Below the pieces are notes generated by a model that did no database searches, had not been told where the DNA came from, and worked only from the letters and a program-made list of their open reading frames with translations. This document shows positions 63,630 to 64,000 of a DNA stretch of 64,000 bases, in pieces; the stretch's first letter is position 1, and each line of letters begins with the position of its first letter. A program made the position numbers and the translations under genes. The stretch lies in contig OZ242195.1 of NCBI GenBank assembly GCA_965205975.1, forward strand, positions 1,408,001 to 1,472,000. Direction: 5' to 3'. This stretch comes from Candidatus Latescibacterota bacterium (lineage in GTDB: Bacteria; Latescibacterota; UBA2968).

Positions 63630-64000
63630 GTGAAGTTTGATTTTTGCTCAAAACTATTGTTGGTAATTGTCTTTTGTGGGATAGTCGCCTGTGATCAACA
63701 GGCGGAACAGCGCACCGTTGACCTGACGGTTCCCGTTACTGTTCAATCCGTAGAGACGGGAACAATTGAATCCATTGTGACAGCGACCGGAACCCTCAGA
63801 CCAGTGCGCGAAGCCCAGATCACAACGGAGATTCGGGGAAGTCTGTACTGGAGCAAAGGGAGTAATAACCGCTTGCTCTCCAAGGGGTCAGAGGTTAGAA
63901 GGGGACAGACTATAGCCAGACTCGACAGCGATGAATGGGTTGTTGGTGCGCGGGTAGAAGCGCGCAAACTGGCGGTTGAAACAGCCAAACGAACGCTAAA
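63630..64000 (+). CDS. Efflux RND/ABC periplasmic adaptor (membrane fusion lipoprotein), 3'-partial
   Basis: GGAGG RBS; IVAC lipobox; VPV.V..VE.G.I...V.ATGTL.P..EA.I..EI.G and G..V..GQ.IARLD. Confidence 0.85.
   Translation, partial: MKFDFCSKLLLVIVFCGIVACDQQAEQRTVDLTVPVTVQSVETGTIESIVTATGTLRPVREAQITTEIRGSLYWSKGSNNRLLSKGSEVRRGQTIARLDSDEWVVGARVEARKLAVETAKRTL

Overview
Bacterial chromosomal window, roughly 50% GC by eye. The gene content (GWxTD protein, FlgD-Ig/T9SS-like C-terminal domain, giant Calx-beta autotransporter) suggests an FCB-group lineage such as Latescibacterota or Gemmatimonadota, possibly host-associated; this is inference only. Left to right: a GH88/DUF547/PGI-like/ArsS operon; a 17.5-kb gene for a 5,846-aa mosaic Calx-beta-like repeat autotransporter; YyaL-DsbD fusion, DegT aminotransferase, FAD/Fe-S oxidoreductase, apt and tRNA-Arg(CCT); a decayed islet with a 110-bp MITE, REP-like hairpin, toxin-antitoxin and PhyH remnants; CYTH-CHAD-ParA; tonB divergent from an FN3/TPR/GWxTD envelope cluster; ruvX-mltG-pcrA; a second TA graveyard plus an intact Phd-VapC pair; gatC-pyrG-lptC-lptA-lptB-MOSC-rpoN; a VOC-like hypothetical; a lamin-tail repeat protein; a PC4-like protein; IHF/HU; fdhD; and an ABC/M1-like/RND-adaptor operon. 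Main leads: (1) both large Asp-rich repeat surface proteins have near-consensus sigma-54 promoters, one with a palindrome-IHF-(-24/-12) layout; (2) the giant gene is a nucleotide-level patchwork of modules; (3) an orphan ParA is coupled to polyphosphate-related genes; (4) pyrG has non-canonical, archaeal-like signatures; (5) a probable unrecognised HPPD/VOC-like Fe(II) enzyme. All calls are from motif reading, with no database searches run.
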